The position numbers and the translations under genes are program-made. DNA of 64,000 nt from an uncultured Clostridia bacterium (GTDB lineage Bacteria; Bacillota; Clostridia; Christensenellales; CAG-314). The DNA lies in assembly GCA_947570215.1 (NCBI GenBank), contig CANOTO010000004.1:92522-156521 (forward strand), given 5' to 3'. Below the pieces are notes generated by a model. The model did not search any database. It saw nothing but the letters and a program-made list of their open reading frames with translations, and was not told the origin of the DNA. Every line of letters starts with the position of its first letter. Position 1 is the stretch's first letter. Below are positions 52,507 to 63,480 of this stretch, piece after piece.

Positions 52507-54033
52507 ATGCTTGCTGTTATAAAAAGTTTCGGGCTAAAGGGCTTAGACGGTTTTCCTGTGCAGGCCGAGGTGGATATGCATTCGGGTATGCCTACATACG
52601 ATATAGTCGGGCTTGCCGACACCGCGGTAAAGGAATCTAAGGAGCGCGTGCGCTCTGCTTTGAAAAACAGCGGCTACGCTTATCCCGTTGCTTCGGTGGT
52701 TATAAACCTTGCTCCCGCCGACGTCAAGAAGGAAGGCACGATATACGATTTGCCTATCGCAATAGGGATGCTTTCCGCAAGCAAGCAAATACCTTACGAC
52801 AAATTACGCAAGGCAGTAATTTTAGGCGAACTGTCGTTAAACGGCGAAGTACGTAAGGTTAACGGGTTGCTGCCGATGTTAATATCCGCCCGTCAGCAAG
52901 GAGAATGCGTATTTATAGTGCCGAAATCCAATGCCGACGAAGCGCAGTTTATAGAAGGCGCTGAGATTTACGCAGTGGAAACGTTAAGACAGGCAGTTGA
53001 GTTCCTTACGGGTCAAACTGAATTGCCGCCGCTTGTTATTCGCTGCTGGAGCGCCGACGCAGAGTATGAACGCAAAGACAACGATTTTAAGTATATTAAA
53101 GGTCAATACGCAGCAAAACGCGCAATGGAAATTGCCGTTGCAGGCGGACATAATATTTTAATGGTGGGGCCGCCGGGCGCGGGTAAAACTATGCTTGCGC
53201 GCTCAGTCCCGTCTATTATGCCGAGCATGACCTTCGACGAAGCGTTAGAGGTTGCCAAAATACACAGCGTATCGGGGCAGCTTGACGGCGGTTTTATTTA
53301 CGAACGACCGTTTAGAACTCCGCATCATTCCGCCACCATGGTTGCGTTAACGGGCGGCGGAAACAAGGCGCGTCCCGGTGAAATAAGCTTGGCGCATAAC
53401 GGAGTTTTGTTTTTGGACGAATTGCCCGAATACAGCAGACAAACGTTAGAAACGCTGCGTCAGCCGTTGGAAGACGGAGTTATAACGGTAGCTCGCAACG
53501 CTACGTCGGTAACCTATCCGGCCGACTTTATGTTGATAGCAAGTATGAACCCGTGTCCGTGCGGTAACTACGGCAGCGCGACTGCGGAGTGTAAGTGCAG
53601 CGCGTCGCAAATACACAGATATTTGAGTAAATTGTCGGGACCGTTATTGGATAGAATAGATATACATATCGAAGTTGATAACGTTACTTACGACGACATA
53701 CAAAGCGACGCGCTTGCCGAGTCTTCCGAGATTATACGCAAGCGAGTTAACAAAGCTCGGAAAATTCAGCTTGCGCGGTTTGTCAACAGCGACAAACGTT
53801 GCAATGCGCAAATGAATTCGGTGGATATAAAGAAGTATTGTAAATTGAACAGAGAAAGTTTGCAGTTGTTGGAGGCATCTTTCGAAAAGCTAAATTTGTC
53901 GGCGCGGGCATACAACCGCGTATTGAAGGTTTCGCGTACGATAGCAGATCTCGAAGGGGCGGAAAGTATTTCGGTACGACACATAGCCGAAGCATTGCAA
54001 TACCGTTCGTTGGATAGAAAATACAGAGTTTAA
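52507..54033 (+). CDS. comM: YifB/ComM-family Mg-chelatase-like AAA+ ATPase
   Basis: Lon-protease-like N-domain, Walker A GPPGAGKT, Walker B LFLDEL and a C-terminal ChlI-type region. AAGGAG RBS before ATG 52507. Confidence 0.9.
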   Translation: MLAVIKSFGLKGLDGFPVQAEVDMHSGMPTYDIVGLADTAVKESKERVRSALKNSGYAYPVASVVINLAPADVKKEGTIYDLPIAIGMLSASKQIPYDKLRKAVILGELSLNGEVRKVNGLLPMLISARQQGECVFIVPKSNADEAQFIEGAEIYAVETLRQAVEFLTGQTELPPLVIRCWSADAEYERKDNDFKYIKGQYAAKRAMEIAVAGGHNILMVGPPGAGKTMLARSVPSIMPSMTFDEALEVAKIHSVSGQLDGGFIYERPFRTPHHSATMVALTGGGNKARPGEISLAHNGVLFLDELPEYSRQTLETLRQPLEDGVITVARNATSVTYPADFMLIASMNPCPCGNYGSATAECKCSASQIHRYLSKLSGPLLDRIDIHIEVDNVTYDDIQSDALAESSEIIRKRVNKARKIQLARFVNSDKRCNAQMNSVDIKKYCKLNRESLQLLEASFEKLNLSARAYNRVLKVSRTIADLEGAESISVRHIAEALQYRSLDRKYRV

Positions 54034-54035
54034 TA

Positions 54036-55121
54036 ATGTATACGTCAAAAGAAAAATTGTGTATATTGCTCGGAGAGTACGGATTGTCGTCTAAGAGATT
54101 TCTTCAATTAGTCGATTCGGTAAGCGACTTCGATAATCCGATTGCCGTATTTAATAGTGCGACGGTTTGCGAAATACTCGGGTCTCTCGTTAACGACGTA
54201 AAGTCCGCGTTTAAGAAGAACGCTGTCGACGGTATTTTGGCGGATATGAAGGCAAACGGCGTAATTGCCGTGACTTGGTTTTCCGCGCGTTACCCGAACA
54301 TCTTACGCGACATAAGCGAACCGCCTTACGTGTTATTTTGTAAGGGCGACACTGCTTTGTTGAACGGTAGATGCCTGTCTGTCGTTGGAACACGCAAAGC
54401 GTCTTCGTACGGTAGGAGAGTCGCCGCGGACTTTACGAAAATTCTTGCGGAGCATTTCGTTATAGTAAGCGGCTTGGCGTACGGCATAGACAGCATAGCT
54501 CACGAAACCACGATTGCCGAACACGGCAAAACCGTTGCCGTGCTGGGCTCGGGAATTCTTAATGTTTATCCTTCGTCCAATGAACGTTTGGCGGATAGAA
54601 TTATAGAAACGGGTGGTCTTGTCGTTTCCGAATACGGATTACGCGCGCAGCCTTTTACGTACCGTTTTCCGCACCGTAACAGAATAGTGGCGGGGTTATC
54701 GCAGGGGTTGCTTGTTTGTCAGGCGCCGTTAAAAAGCGGAACCAATTCTACAGTGGAATTGGCTTTGGAACAAGGTAAAGACATATTTGCCGTCCCGGGC
54801 GAAGTATATGACGCGGGTTTTGCGGGAAATAACAGCTTGATAAAGAGTATGCAGGGCGCTTGTGTGACTACTCCGCGCGATATAATCGACTTCTACGGTT
54901 TAGATTGTCGTGCTGTCGCTAAAACGGCGGTTCAACTGAGTTTCGAAGAACAGCGCGTTGTCGACGTGTTGTCCGAAGGTCCGAAAACCTTCGATTGTTT
55001 GGTTACGGAAGTTTCGGTTACTCCGTCGGAGTTGAATTTTTTGTTGGCAAATTTGGAATTAAGGAGTATAATTGCTAAGCTACCCGGTAATACCTATCGG
55101 CTGTATGGAGGAATTGAATGA
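54036..55121 (+). CDS. dprA: DNA-processing protein DprA (Smf)
   Basis: Rossmann-like core VVGTRKASSYG...SGLAYGIDS...GGLVVSEY. Confidence 0.9.
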   Translation: MYTSKEKLCILLGEYGLSSKRFLQLVDSVSDFDNPIAVFNSATVCEILGSLVNDVKSAFKKNAVDGILADMKANGVIAVTWFSARYPNILRDISEPPYVLFCKGDTALLNGRCLSVVGTRKASSYGRRVAADFTKILAEHFVIVSGLAYGIDSIAHETTIAEHGKTVAVLGSGILNVYPSSNERLADRIIETGGLVVSEYGLRAQPFTYRFPHRNRIVAGLSQGLLVCQAPLKSGTNSTVELALEQGKDIFAVPGEVYDAGFAGNNSLIKSMQGACVTTPRDIIDFYGLDCRAVAKTAVQLSFEEQRVVDVLSEGPKTFDCLVTEVSVTPSELNFLLANLELRSIIAKLPGNTYRLYGGIE

Positions 55122-57331
55122 AACTTGTAATTGTCGAATCTCCGGCAAAGGCAAAGACAATCGGAAAATATTTGGGCGAAGGCTACAAGGTGGACGCGTC
55201 CCGCGGTCATATTTGGGATCTGCCCGAAAAAACTATGGGCGTTGATTTTTCCAATCATTACGAACCGGAATTGGAAGCACGTAAGCCCGAACAAAAAGAA
55301 ACCATCGCGCGTTTGAAGCAGGAAGTTGCGAAAGCGGAGCAAGTGTATCTTGCAACCGACCCGGACCGCGAAGGAGAAGCGATATCGTATCATTTGCAAT
55401 GCGCGTTAAATCTCGACCCTAACGAGAAAAACCGCATAATGTTCAACGAAATTTCCAAAAAGGCTGTTAATTCGGCTATCCAGAATCCTATGTACATTAA
55501 CAAAGGATTAGTTGAAGCGCAGCAAGCGCGCAGAGTATTGGACAGACTTGTAGGCTACACGCTTTCGCCCGTGCTGTGTAAAAAAATTCGAAATAAGCTT
55601 TCCGCAGGACGCGTGCAGTCGGCTGCTTTAAGAATTATAGTGGACAGAGAAAAGGAAATTCAAGCCTTTAAGCCCGAAGAATTTTGGAGTGTTGCCGCCA
55701 CGCTTGAAAAACCGTCTAAAAAGCCGCAATTTGTTGCGAATTTGACGGAAAAAGACGGAAAAAAGCTAAAAATTCAAAATAAAGAACAATGTGACAAAGC
55801 GATAGCCGTATTGAACGACGGAAAATACGTTGTTACAAACGTTAAGAAGTCTGTTACGCAAAGCAAGCCGCAGCCGCCGTTTACGACCAGTACAATGCAG
55901 CAGGACGCCGTTAATAAATTGAAGATGTCAAGCGCCGTCGCTATGTCCGTGGCTCAGCAGCTGTACGAAGGTTTCGACATTGCCGGAATGGGGCACGTAG
56001 CGCTGGTTACGTATATCCGTACCGATTCCGTACGGGTTTCCGATGAGGCGGTTAAAAGCGCGCGCGATTTAATAGCGCAAAAATACGGTAAACAATATTT
56101 GCCGGACAAGCCTAATTTTTACGCTACAAAAAAGCAGGCGCAAGACGCGCACGAAGCTATACGTCCTATAAATCTCGAAATCACTCCCGAATCCATTAAG
56201 GATAAAGTGCAGCGCAATCAATATCAGCTTTATAAACTGATTTATCAACGCTTTTTGGCGAGTCAGGCGGTAAACGCCACTTATAACAGCGTAAACGTCA
56301 GCGTGTCGTGCGGTGAGTACGGTTTGACGGCGACGGGTAAAACCTTGATTTTTGACGGCTATTTGGCAATTTACGGCGATAACAAGAGCAAGGAAGCGCA
56401 GGATGGCGAAAATGCCGTGCTACCGCCGTTGGAGCAGGGCGACGTTGTAAAGTTAATAAAGCTCAAGCATGAGCAGAAGTTTACTAAACCACCCGCAAGA
56501 TATACCGAAGCCAGCATTATCAAAACAATGGAAGAAAAGGGAATAGGCAGACCGAGTACTTACGCCGCTACTATGCAGACTCTTTACAAAAGAGAGTACG
56601 TAAATAGGGATGGTAAGACGCTTGTTCCCAGTAATCTCGGTATGCAGGTTACCGACTACCTCGAGCAGTACTTCGATCAAATAGTGGACGTTCAGTTTAC
56701 TGCGGAAATGGAAGACAAATTGGACTCGATAGAAGATAATGCCGAACCGTGGTACAACATTGTGGACAGCTTTTATCAGCCGCTTTTGCAGGAAGTAAAG
56801 ACGGCTATGCGCGGAGAAAAAGTCGTTCTTCCCGACGAGTTATCCGACGAGATATGCGAAAAGTGCGGCTCGCCTATGATTATCAGAACGGGTAAGTACG
56901 GCAAATACTTTGCTTGCAGTAATTATCCCAATTGCTCCAATATACGAAGCTTAAAGGAAAAAACTCCTCCTAAGCTTACCGATATCGAATGCGAAATATG
57001 CGGAGCCAAAATGTTGGAACGCGAAGGACGCTACGGAAAATACTTGGCTTGCAGTAATTATCCCAACTGTAAAAATACCAAACCTATAAACGAAGCTGTT
57101 GCCAAGTGTCCGAAATGCGGAAAAGATGTCGTAAAACGTTTTTCCAAGAAGGGCGCGTTGTTTTACGGCTGTACGGGCTACCCCGATTGCGACTTCGTGT
57201 CATGGGATATTCCTACAGGACAAATGTGTCCGAAATGCGGCGCGCATTTGGTATACAAAAAAAGCGGAGACAAAAGCGTTATTCGCTGTTCTGACAAGAA
57301 TTGCGAATACGACGGCGGGGAGAAAAAGTGA
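55118..57331 (+). CDS. topA: DNA topoisomerase I
   Basis: TOPRIM N-terminus LVIVESPAKAKTI, an active-site Tyr region, and four C-terminal CxxC...CxxC zinc ribbons. Confidence 0.95.
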   Translation: MKLVIVESPAKAKTIGKYLGEGYKVDASRGHIWDLPEKTMGVDFSNHYEPELEARKPEQKETIARLKQEVAKAEQVYLATDPDREGEAISYHLQCALNLDPNEKNRIMFNEISKKAVNSAIQNPMYINKGLVEAQQARRVLDRLVGYTLSPVLCKKIRNKLSAGRVQSAALRIIVDREKEIQAFKPEEFWSVAATLEKPSKKPQFVANLTEKDGKKLKIQNKEQCDKAIAVLNDGKYVVTNVKKSVTQSKPQPPFTTSTMQQDAVNKLKMSSAVAMSVAQQLYEGFDIAGMGHVALVTYIRTDSVRVSDEAVKSARDLIAQKYGKQYLPDKPNFYATKKQAQDAHEAIRPINLEITPESIKDKVQRNQYQLYKLIYQRFLASQAVNATYNSVNVSVSCGEYGLTATGKTLIFDGYLAIYGDNKSKEAQDGENAVLPPLEQGDVVKLIKLKHEQKFTKPPARYTEASIIKTMEEKGIGRPSTYAATMQTLYKREYVNRDGKTLVPSNLGMQVTDYLEQYFDQIVDVQFTAEMEDKLDSIEDNAEPWYNIVDSFYQPLLQEVKTAMRGEKVVLPDELSDEICEKCGSPMIIRTGKYGKYFACSNYPNCSNIRSLKEKTPPKLTDIECEICGAKMLEREGRYGKYLACSNYPNCKNTKPINEAVAKCPKCGKDVVKRFSKKGALFYGCTGYPDCDFVSWDIPTGQMCPKCGAHLVYKKSGDKSVIRCSDKNCEYDGGEKK

Positions 57332-58629
57332 AGGTAAAAATAATCGGCGGCGGCTTCGCCGGAGCGGAAGCGGCGTACCAGCTGCTTAAACGCGGCGTTA
57401 ACGTTACGCTTGTAGAGATGAAGCCGTTGAAAAAATCTCCGGCGCATAAGCTTGACACCTTATGCGAGGTCGTATGCTCAAATTCTTTCAAAAGCGACGA
57501 CATAGACACGTCGAGCGGATTGTTAAAGGCGGAAATGCGTTTATTAGACAGCTTTGTTCTGCGTATTGCCGAACAAACGAGAGTCCCTGCGGGAAACGCT
57601 TTGGCCGTGGACAGATACGCATTCTCACAATCGGTTACCGACGCGCTGCTCGATTATGCCAATTTCCGTCTTGTTAACGAAGTTGCAACCGATATCGACG
57701 CTGATGATTACGATTTTGTAATTGTCGCAACAGGCCCCCTTACGGACGAAGCTTTGATACCGTCGTTGCAAAAGCTGTTTGGAAAAGATTTTTTATACTT
57801 TTTCGATGCGGTTGCGCCAATTGTTACAGCGGACAGCATAGACTACGAAAGCGCTTTTACGGCGTCGCGCTATGGCAAGGGGGAAGCCGATTATATCAAT
57901 TGTCCGATGAATAGGGACGAATACGAAAATTTTTACTCTAATCTTATTTCGGCGGAAACGGTGGAATTAAAGGACTTTGAAAATAACGTATTCGAAGGCT
58001 GTATGCCGATAGAAGTTATGGCGAAGCGCGGCGCGGACACGATGCGGTTCGGTCCGCTTAAACCCGTAGGACTTAGAGACGAACGTAAAAACGATAAGCC
58101 GTACGCTGTTCTGCAGCTTCGTAAAGAAAACGCGCAGGGTACGTTATACAATCTGGTAGGATTTCAAACGAACTTGAAGTTCGGCGAACAAAAAAGAGTC
58201 TTTTCGCTTATTCCCGCGCTTCGTAACGCGGAATTCGTCCGTTACGGAGTTATGCATCGCAATACGTACGTAAATGCGCCTTTATTTTTGAACAGGTATT
58301 TTCAGTTGAAAAGCAATCCGAAGATTTTCTTCTCGGGGCAAATTACGGGCGTGGAAGGGTACATGGAATCGGCGTTGAGCGGACTTGTTTCAGCATTGCA
58401 GGGCTACCGCATATTCAGCGGAAAATTGCCAATAGACTTTTCCGAAAAAACAATGACGGGAGCGTTATGCAATCATGTTGCGACGAACTTCGGCGCATAT
58501 TCGCCGATGAACAGTAACTTCGGAATACTTTCGCCGCTGTCGGATAAAATTAAAGATAAATCGCAACGCAAAGCCGCGTATAGCAGGCGAGCTTTGGAAA
58601 TAATGAGAGAAATACTCGGCAATATTTAG
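57328..58629 (+). CDS. trmFO: Methylenetetrahydrofolate--tRNA-(uracil54-C5)-methyltransferase TrmFO
   Basis: FAD motif [12 protein letters not shown] and the Gid/TrmFO pattern. The GTG start overlaps the topA stop. Confidence 0.92.
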   Translation: MKVKIIGGGFAGAEAAYQLLKRGVNVTLVEMKPLKKSPAHKLDTLCEVVCSNSFKSDDIDTSSGLLKAEMRLLDSFVLRIAEQTRVPAGNALAVDRYAFSQSVTDALLDYANFRLVNEVATDIDADDYDFVIVATGPLTDEALIPSLQKLFGKDFLYFFDAVAPIVTADSIDYESAFTASRYGKGEADYINCPMNRDEYENFYSNLISAETVELKDFENNVFEGCMPIEVMAKRGADTMRFGPLKPVGLRDERKNDKPYAVLQLRKENAQGTLYNLVGFQTNLKFGEQKRVFSLIPALRNAEFVRYGVMHRNTYVNAPLFLNRYFQLKSNPKIFFSGQITGVEGYMESALSGLVSALQGYRIFSGKLPIDFSEKTMTGALCNHVATNFGAYSPMNSNFGILSPLSDKIKDKSQRKAAYSRRALEIMREILGNI

Positions 58630-58640
58630 GAGAGATTATT

Positions 58641-59192
58641 ATGTCGGAAGTTTTTGCAGATTCTATTAAAGGCACTACAATATGCGCCGTTAAGCGTAAC
58701 GGCAAAGTTGCCGTCGCGGGCGACGGACAGGTTACCCAGGGACAAAACGTCATTATGAAAGGCAATGCCGTTAAAGTTAGACGTATTTACGACGGAAAAA
58801 TTGTGACGGGTTTTGCAGGCTCTGTAGCAGACGCGTTTACCTTATCGGAAAAATTCGAAGAAATGCTTCAAAAATTCAGCGGAAACTTGCTGCGTTCGGC
58901 GGTGGAAGTCGCTCAATTGTGGCGTAGAGACAATGTTATGCGCAAGCTTGAAGCGATGATGATAGTAGCGGACAAAGAAAATATTTTCCTGCTGTCGGGC
59001 ACAGGCGATGTTATCGAACCGGACGACGGAGTCTGCGCAATAGGAAGCGGGGGCAATTACGCCCTGTCTGCGGCGAAAGCGTTATATCGTAATACCGACT
59101 TGTCCGCTAAAGAAATAGCGTGTAAATCGTTGGAAATAGCTAGCGAGATATGCGTGTTTACCAACGGACATATAACCGTGGAGGAGGCGTAA
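58641..59192 (+). CDS. hslV: ATP-dependent protease subunit HslV
   Basis: N-terminal GTTICAV (Thr nucleophile) and GSGGNYA. Confidence 0.93.
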   Translation: MSEVFADSIKGTTICAVKRNGKVAVAGDGQVTQGQNVIMKGNAVKVRRIYDGKIVTGFAGSVADAFTLSEKFEEMLQKFSGNLLRSAVEVAQLWRRDNVMRKLEAMMIVADKENIFLLSGTGDVIEPDDGVCAIGSGGNYALSAAKALYRNTDLSAKEIACKSLEIASEICVFTNGHITVEEA

Positions 59193-59193
59193 T

Positions 59194-60477
59194 ATGACAC
59201 CCAAACAGATAGTGTCGGAGCTTGACCGTTATATTATAGGACAATTTCAAGCAAAAAAGGCGGTGGCTATCGCGTTGCGCAACAGATATCGTCGCAGTAA
59301 GCTTACTGTGACGGACCGCGAAGAAATTACTCCAAAGAACATTATTCTTAAAGGACCTACCGGCGTGGGTAAAACGGAAATAGCGCGCAGACTTGCAAAG
59401 CTTGTGAAAGCGCCCTTTTTGAAGGTGGAAGCCACAAAATACACCGAAGTTGGCTACGTTGGACGCGACGTTGAAAGTATGATACGGGATTTGGTGGAAG
59501 TTTCTATCCGTCTTGTAAAAGACGAGCGTTTTAAGGAAGTTGAAACGCGCGCTTTTGAAAAGGCTGTCGACCGTCTTTCTGAAATAATGCTAAAAAAAGC
59601 GGACGGGCTTCCGGAAGGAATATCTAAAATAGATCTCAGAAACGAGTTGTCAAAGCATAATTTGGACCAAATGCAGGTGGAAATATCCGTTGCGGATAAT
59701 CCCAAGCCTGTCGAACTTCAACCCGGCGTCGGCGAAATAAACTTGGGAAGCATTTTCGGAGATATCTTGCCCAAAAAGACGAAAAAACGTACCGTAACCG
59801 TTGCGGAGGCATTGAAGATATTTGCAAGCGAAGAAAGCGAGAAGCTTATAGATCTTGACAGTGTGGAAACGGAAGCTGTGCATAGAGCGGAAAACGACGG
59901 TATTATTTTTATAGACGAGATGGACAAAATTGCGGGAAAATCTTCGCAAAACGGTCCCGATGTGTCGCGCGAAGGCGTGCAGAGAGACATACTCCCCATA
60001 GTAGAAGGATGTACCGTAAGCACTAAGTACGGAAACGTTAAAACCGATTATATTTTGTTTATAGCAAGCGGCGCGTTTCATGTAAGCAAAGTATCGGATC
60101 TTATTCCCGAGCTTCAGGGGCGATTCCCCGTGCTTGTAGATCTGGACAGTCTTGGAGTGAACGATTTTGTAAAAATATTGACTGTTCCCGCAAATGCTAT
60201 TACGGATCAGTACAAGAAGCTGCTTGCTGTGGATAATATCGATTTGCAGTTTACCGACGACGGTATACGCGAGATAGCAAATGTCGCGTTCGATCAGAAC
60301 AACACTTTGGAAGACATAGGGGCAAGACGTTTGCAAAGCATAATGGAGCATATCGTAGAAGATATTTCTTACGATATCGACGAGGAAGGCGAGAAGAAAG
60401 TTATACTAATAGACAAAGCGTACGTCGAAAACAACTTCCGAACCGAATCGAGAAATCTTAAAAAATACGTTTTGTAA
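59194..60477 (+). CDS. hslU: ATP-dependent protease ATPase subunit HslU
   Basis: TPKQIVSELDRYIIGQ, Walker A GPTGVGKTEIARR and Walker B IIFIDEMDKI. Confidence 0.95.
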   Translation: MTPKQIVSELDRYIIGQFQAKKAVAIALRNRYRRSKLTVTDREEITPKNIILKGPTGVGKTEIARRLAKLVKAPFLKVEATKYTEVGYVGRDVESMIRDLVEVSIRLVKDERFKEVETRAFEKAVDRLSEIMLKKADGLPEGISKIDLRNELSKHNLDQMQVEISVADNPKPVELQPGVGEINLGSIFGDILPKKTKKRTVTVAEALKIFASEESEKLIDLDSVETEAVHRAENDGIIFIDEMDKIAGKSSQNGPDVSREGVQRDILPIVEGCTVSTKYGNVKTDYILFIASGAFHVSKVSDLIPELQGRFPVLVDLDSLGVNDFVKILTVPANAITDQYKKLLAVDNIDLQFTDDGIREIANVAFDQNNTLEDIGARRLQSIMEHIVEDISYDIDEEGEKKVILIDKAYVENNFRTESRNLKKYVL

Positions 60478-60496
60478 AAACAGGAGATATACTACA

Positions 60497-62290
60497 ATGG
60501 CAGAAATGTTAAACGGTCTTAAGCGTACGGCAATGTGCGGAAACGTGACTGCGGAATACGTAGGAAAAGAAATAACCGTGATGGGATGGGTGCACCGCAG
60601 GCGCGACTTGGGCGGATTGATATTCCTTCAGTTGCGCGACAGAAGCGGTATCGTGCAGGTGGTTTTCGACACAGATGTATGTGAGCGCGAATTGTTGGAT
60701 AAGGCTTCTACTATCAAGTTGGAATACGTTGTTACCGTCGTAGGAAAAGTGCGCAGACGTATCGGCAACAATATAAATCCAAGTATGAAAACGGGAGAAA
60801 TCGAAGTGGTTGCGGAAAAGCTGCAAATACTGTCAGAAGCGGATACCACACCTTTTTCCATAGGCGACGTCAACGCCAACGAAGCACTTCGTCTTAAATA
60901 CCGTTATTTAGACCTTCGCAGAGAACAACTGCAAAATAATATGATAGTGCGCGATAGAGTTTGCCGCATTATCCGCAATTATCTTGCCGATAACGGATTT
61001 ATCGAAATAGAGACGCCTATGCTGGGCAAATCCACTCCCGAAGGCGCGCGCGATTACCTTGTTCCGAGCCGAATGCGTCCCGGTAGCTTTTACGCGCTGC
61101 CGCAGTCTCCGCAACTGTATAAACAATTACTTATGATAGGCGGTTTGGACAGATATTATCAAGTTGCGCGCTGTTTTCGCGACGAAGATTTGCGTGCAAA
61201 CCGTCAGCCTGAGTTTACTCAGTTAGACCTTGAGATGAGCTTTGTCGATCAGGAAGAAGACGTTATGCAGCTTACCGAAGGAATGCTGCGCAAAATGTTT
61301 AAGGAAATACGCAACGTCGATCTTCCCGAAAGGTTTATCCGCATGCCGTGGACGGAATGTATGAATAGGTACGGTTCCGACAAACCGGATCTCCGTTACG
61401 GTATGGAAATCCAAAACCTTGACGATATAGCTGTGAAAAGCAAATTTGCAGTGTTCCAAAACGCCGTTAAAAACGGCGGTACTGTCCGCGCGATAGTGTT
61501 GAAAGGCGGCGCCGACAAGCTTTCTCGTAAAGAATTGGACAAACTCGTCGAATTTGTCAGAACTTATAAAGTCGGCGGCTTGGCTTGGTATGGTTTGGGT
61601 TCGGAAGGCGTAAAATGCAGTTTTGCTAAAGCCGTAGACGCAAGAGAACTCGATGAAATAAAGCAATCTATCGGAATAGCACTGGGCGATATGGCCTTGA
61701 TTGTTGCGGATGCGGATTGGCAGACAGCCGTAGTAGCTCTCGGCGCGTTGCGCTGTCATTTGGCAGCCAAGTTCAATATGTACAAGGCGGGAGATTTCGC
61801 CTGCTTGTGGGTTGTGGATTTCCCGTTGTTCGAGTATTCCGAAGAACAAGGCAGATTCGTTGCTATGCATCATCCGTTTACCAGTCCTAAAAACGAGGAC
61901 TTGCAGTATATGCTGTCCGATCCCGCTCGCGTTCGCGCCAAAGCGTACGACGTTGTTATCAACGGCGATGAGATGGGCGGCGGAAGTATGCGTATTTATA
62001 ACCGCGATGTTCAAAAAGCGATGTTTGAAGTGTTGGGCTTTACCGACGAGCAAATTGCGGAAAAGTTTGGCTTTTTTGTAGACGCGTTCAAATACGGCAC
62101 GCCTCCGCACGGCGGTCTGGCGCTTGGATTGGACCGACTTGTAATGGTCCTTACGGATACGACGAATATAAAGGATGTAATAGCTTTTCCCAAAATTCAG
62201 AATGCAAGCTGTCTTATGACGGAAGCTCCGTCGACTGTCGACGAAGCGCAGTTGAGAGACCTTCGTATAAGGTGTGAAAGCGATGATTGA
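60497..62290 (+). CDS. aspS: Aspartate--tRNA ligase
   Basis: OB anticodon-binding N-domain and class II motifs (FRDEDLRANRQPEFTQLD, GGGSMRI, GLDRLVM). Confidence 0.95.
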   Translation: MAEMLNGLKRTAMCGNVTAEYVGKEITVMGWVHRRRDLGGLIFLQLRDRSGIVQVVFDTDVCERELLDKASTIKLEYVVTVVGKVRRRIGNNINPSMKTGEIEVVAEKLQILSEADTTPFSIGDVNANEALRLKYRYLDLRREQLQNNMIVRDRVCRIIRNYLADNGFIEIETPMLGKSTPEGARDYLVPSRMRPGSFYALPQSPQLYKQLLMIGGLDRYYQVARCFRDEDLRANRQPEFTQLDLEMSFVDQEEDVMQLTEGMLRKMFKEIRNVDLPERFIRMPWTECMNRYGSDKPDLRYGMEIQNLDDIAVKSKFAVFQNAVKNGGTVRAIVLKGGADKLSRKELDKLVEFVRTYKVGGLAWYGLGSEGVKCSFAKAVDARELDEIKQSIGIALGDMALIVADADWQTAVVALGALRCHLAAKFNMYKAGDFACLWVVDFPLFEYSEEQGRFVAMHHPFTSPKNEDLQYMLSDPARVRAKAYDVVINGDEMGGGSMRIYNRDVQKAMFEVLGFTDEQIAEKFGFFVDAFKYGTPPHGGLALGLDRLVMVLTDTTNIKDVIAFPKIQNASCLMTEAPSTVDEAQLRDLRIRCESDD

Positions 62291-62765
62291 GCGCGGGCAA
62301 GTAGTAAAGATCAAGAACGGATTTGTTCGGGTAAGAATCGAGCGTCACTCTGCTTGCGGCTCATGCGGTAAATGCGGAATGACGGAAAAGCAGAAACACG
62401 TTGATTTTTACGTTGAGAATACCCTAAGCGCCGCCGTAGGCGACGTTGTGGAGATAAATATTCCCGAAGCTAACACCGCTGGCTTGGCATTTGTCGGATA
62501 TATTTTGCCGCTTATACCTGCGTTGATATTGTTCTTCATGTCATTGGCGTGCAAGTGGCAGGTGTGGCTGTCTATACTGTTGTTTTTTGTCGGGCTGACG
62601 CTCGGTTTTGCCGTTGTGGCGATGATAGATAAGCTACGTAAGCACAAATGGACGCAATCGCCTACCATGCAGAGTATAATTACCGATTCTGACAGCGAAG
62701 AAAAAACGAAAACGGAAATCAATAATAAATCTAATAAAGGAGAAAACGAAAATGAGCAAAATTAA
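62283..62765 (+). CDS. RseC/MucC-family (SoxR-reducing system) membrane protein
   Basis: N-terminal GFVRVRIERHSACGSCGKCG followed by two TM helices. Confidence 0.7.
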   Translation: MIERGQVVKIKNGFVRVRIERHSACGSCGKCGMTEKQKHVDFYVENTLSAAVGDVVEINIPEANTAGLAFVGYILPLIPALILFFMSLACKWQVWLSILLFFVGLTLGFAVVAMIDKLRKHKWTQSPTMQSIITDSDSEEKTKTEINNKSNKGENENEQN

Positions 62766-63063
62766 AGATGTAACTGAAAATTTTAACGAATTTATTTCAA
62801 ACGGAGTTGCGGTCGTGGACTTTTGGGCAAATTGGTGCGGACCGTGCAGAATGCTTGCGCCTATTATCGACGACGTTGCAGATAGCTTGTCGGACGTCAG
62901 TTTCGGAAAGGTCGACGTAGATCAAGCGCAGGAGCTTGCGCGCAAGTATAACGTAATGTCTATTCCTAACGTTTGCATTTTCAAAAACGGCGAGCTTGTT
63001 GACCGTGTTATCGGTTTGTGCGACGGAGACGTGCTTGCCGAAACAATTAAAAAGTATCTATAA
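62752..63063 (+). CDS. trxA: Thioredoxin
   Basis: WCGPC active site. 103 aa. Confidence 0.93.
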   Translation: MSKIKDVTENFNEFISNGVAVVDFWANWCGPCRMLAPIIDDVADSLSDVSFGKVDVDQAQELARKYNVMSIPNVCIFKNGELVDRVIGLCDGDVLAETIKKYL

Positions 63064-63480
63064 ACTTTTCGGTTGTTTGGCGGAGGACTACAGGTTTGTT
63101 TTATGGACATCGGTACGCCTCGTTGCTTTCGTTGCAAATAGAAATGTGGAAGGATGTCGAAATACCTTATTGAAGTGCTGACATCGGATAATAAAGAAAG
63201 GATTGTAAATATCGTTTCTTGCGTTACAAGCAATTTCGTTAGCGCCGAAAAGCTTTTGACCGAAATGCAATTGTTTGAGATACAATATAAAGCTGCTTAA
63301 AACGTTTGTTTTTGAGTAGCTTTTTTTTTGCGTTAGTTTATTGTTGAACGTATTGTAATCGCGTCTAATACGATTACTGTAACTCTTATGCGAAAAAATC
63401 AAAATTATTGCTTTAATTCGTTTGACTTACGTTTATAATTATAGTAAACTAATCCCAGTAATTTAGTAGGAATTGTTTGT

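Noticed and set aside
61223-62314. 363-aa ORF on the minus strand
   Set aside because: It is entirely antisense to aspS, which has unmistakable class II synthetase motifs. The translation is Arg/Phe/His-rich and low in complexity, so this is a shadow ORF.
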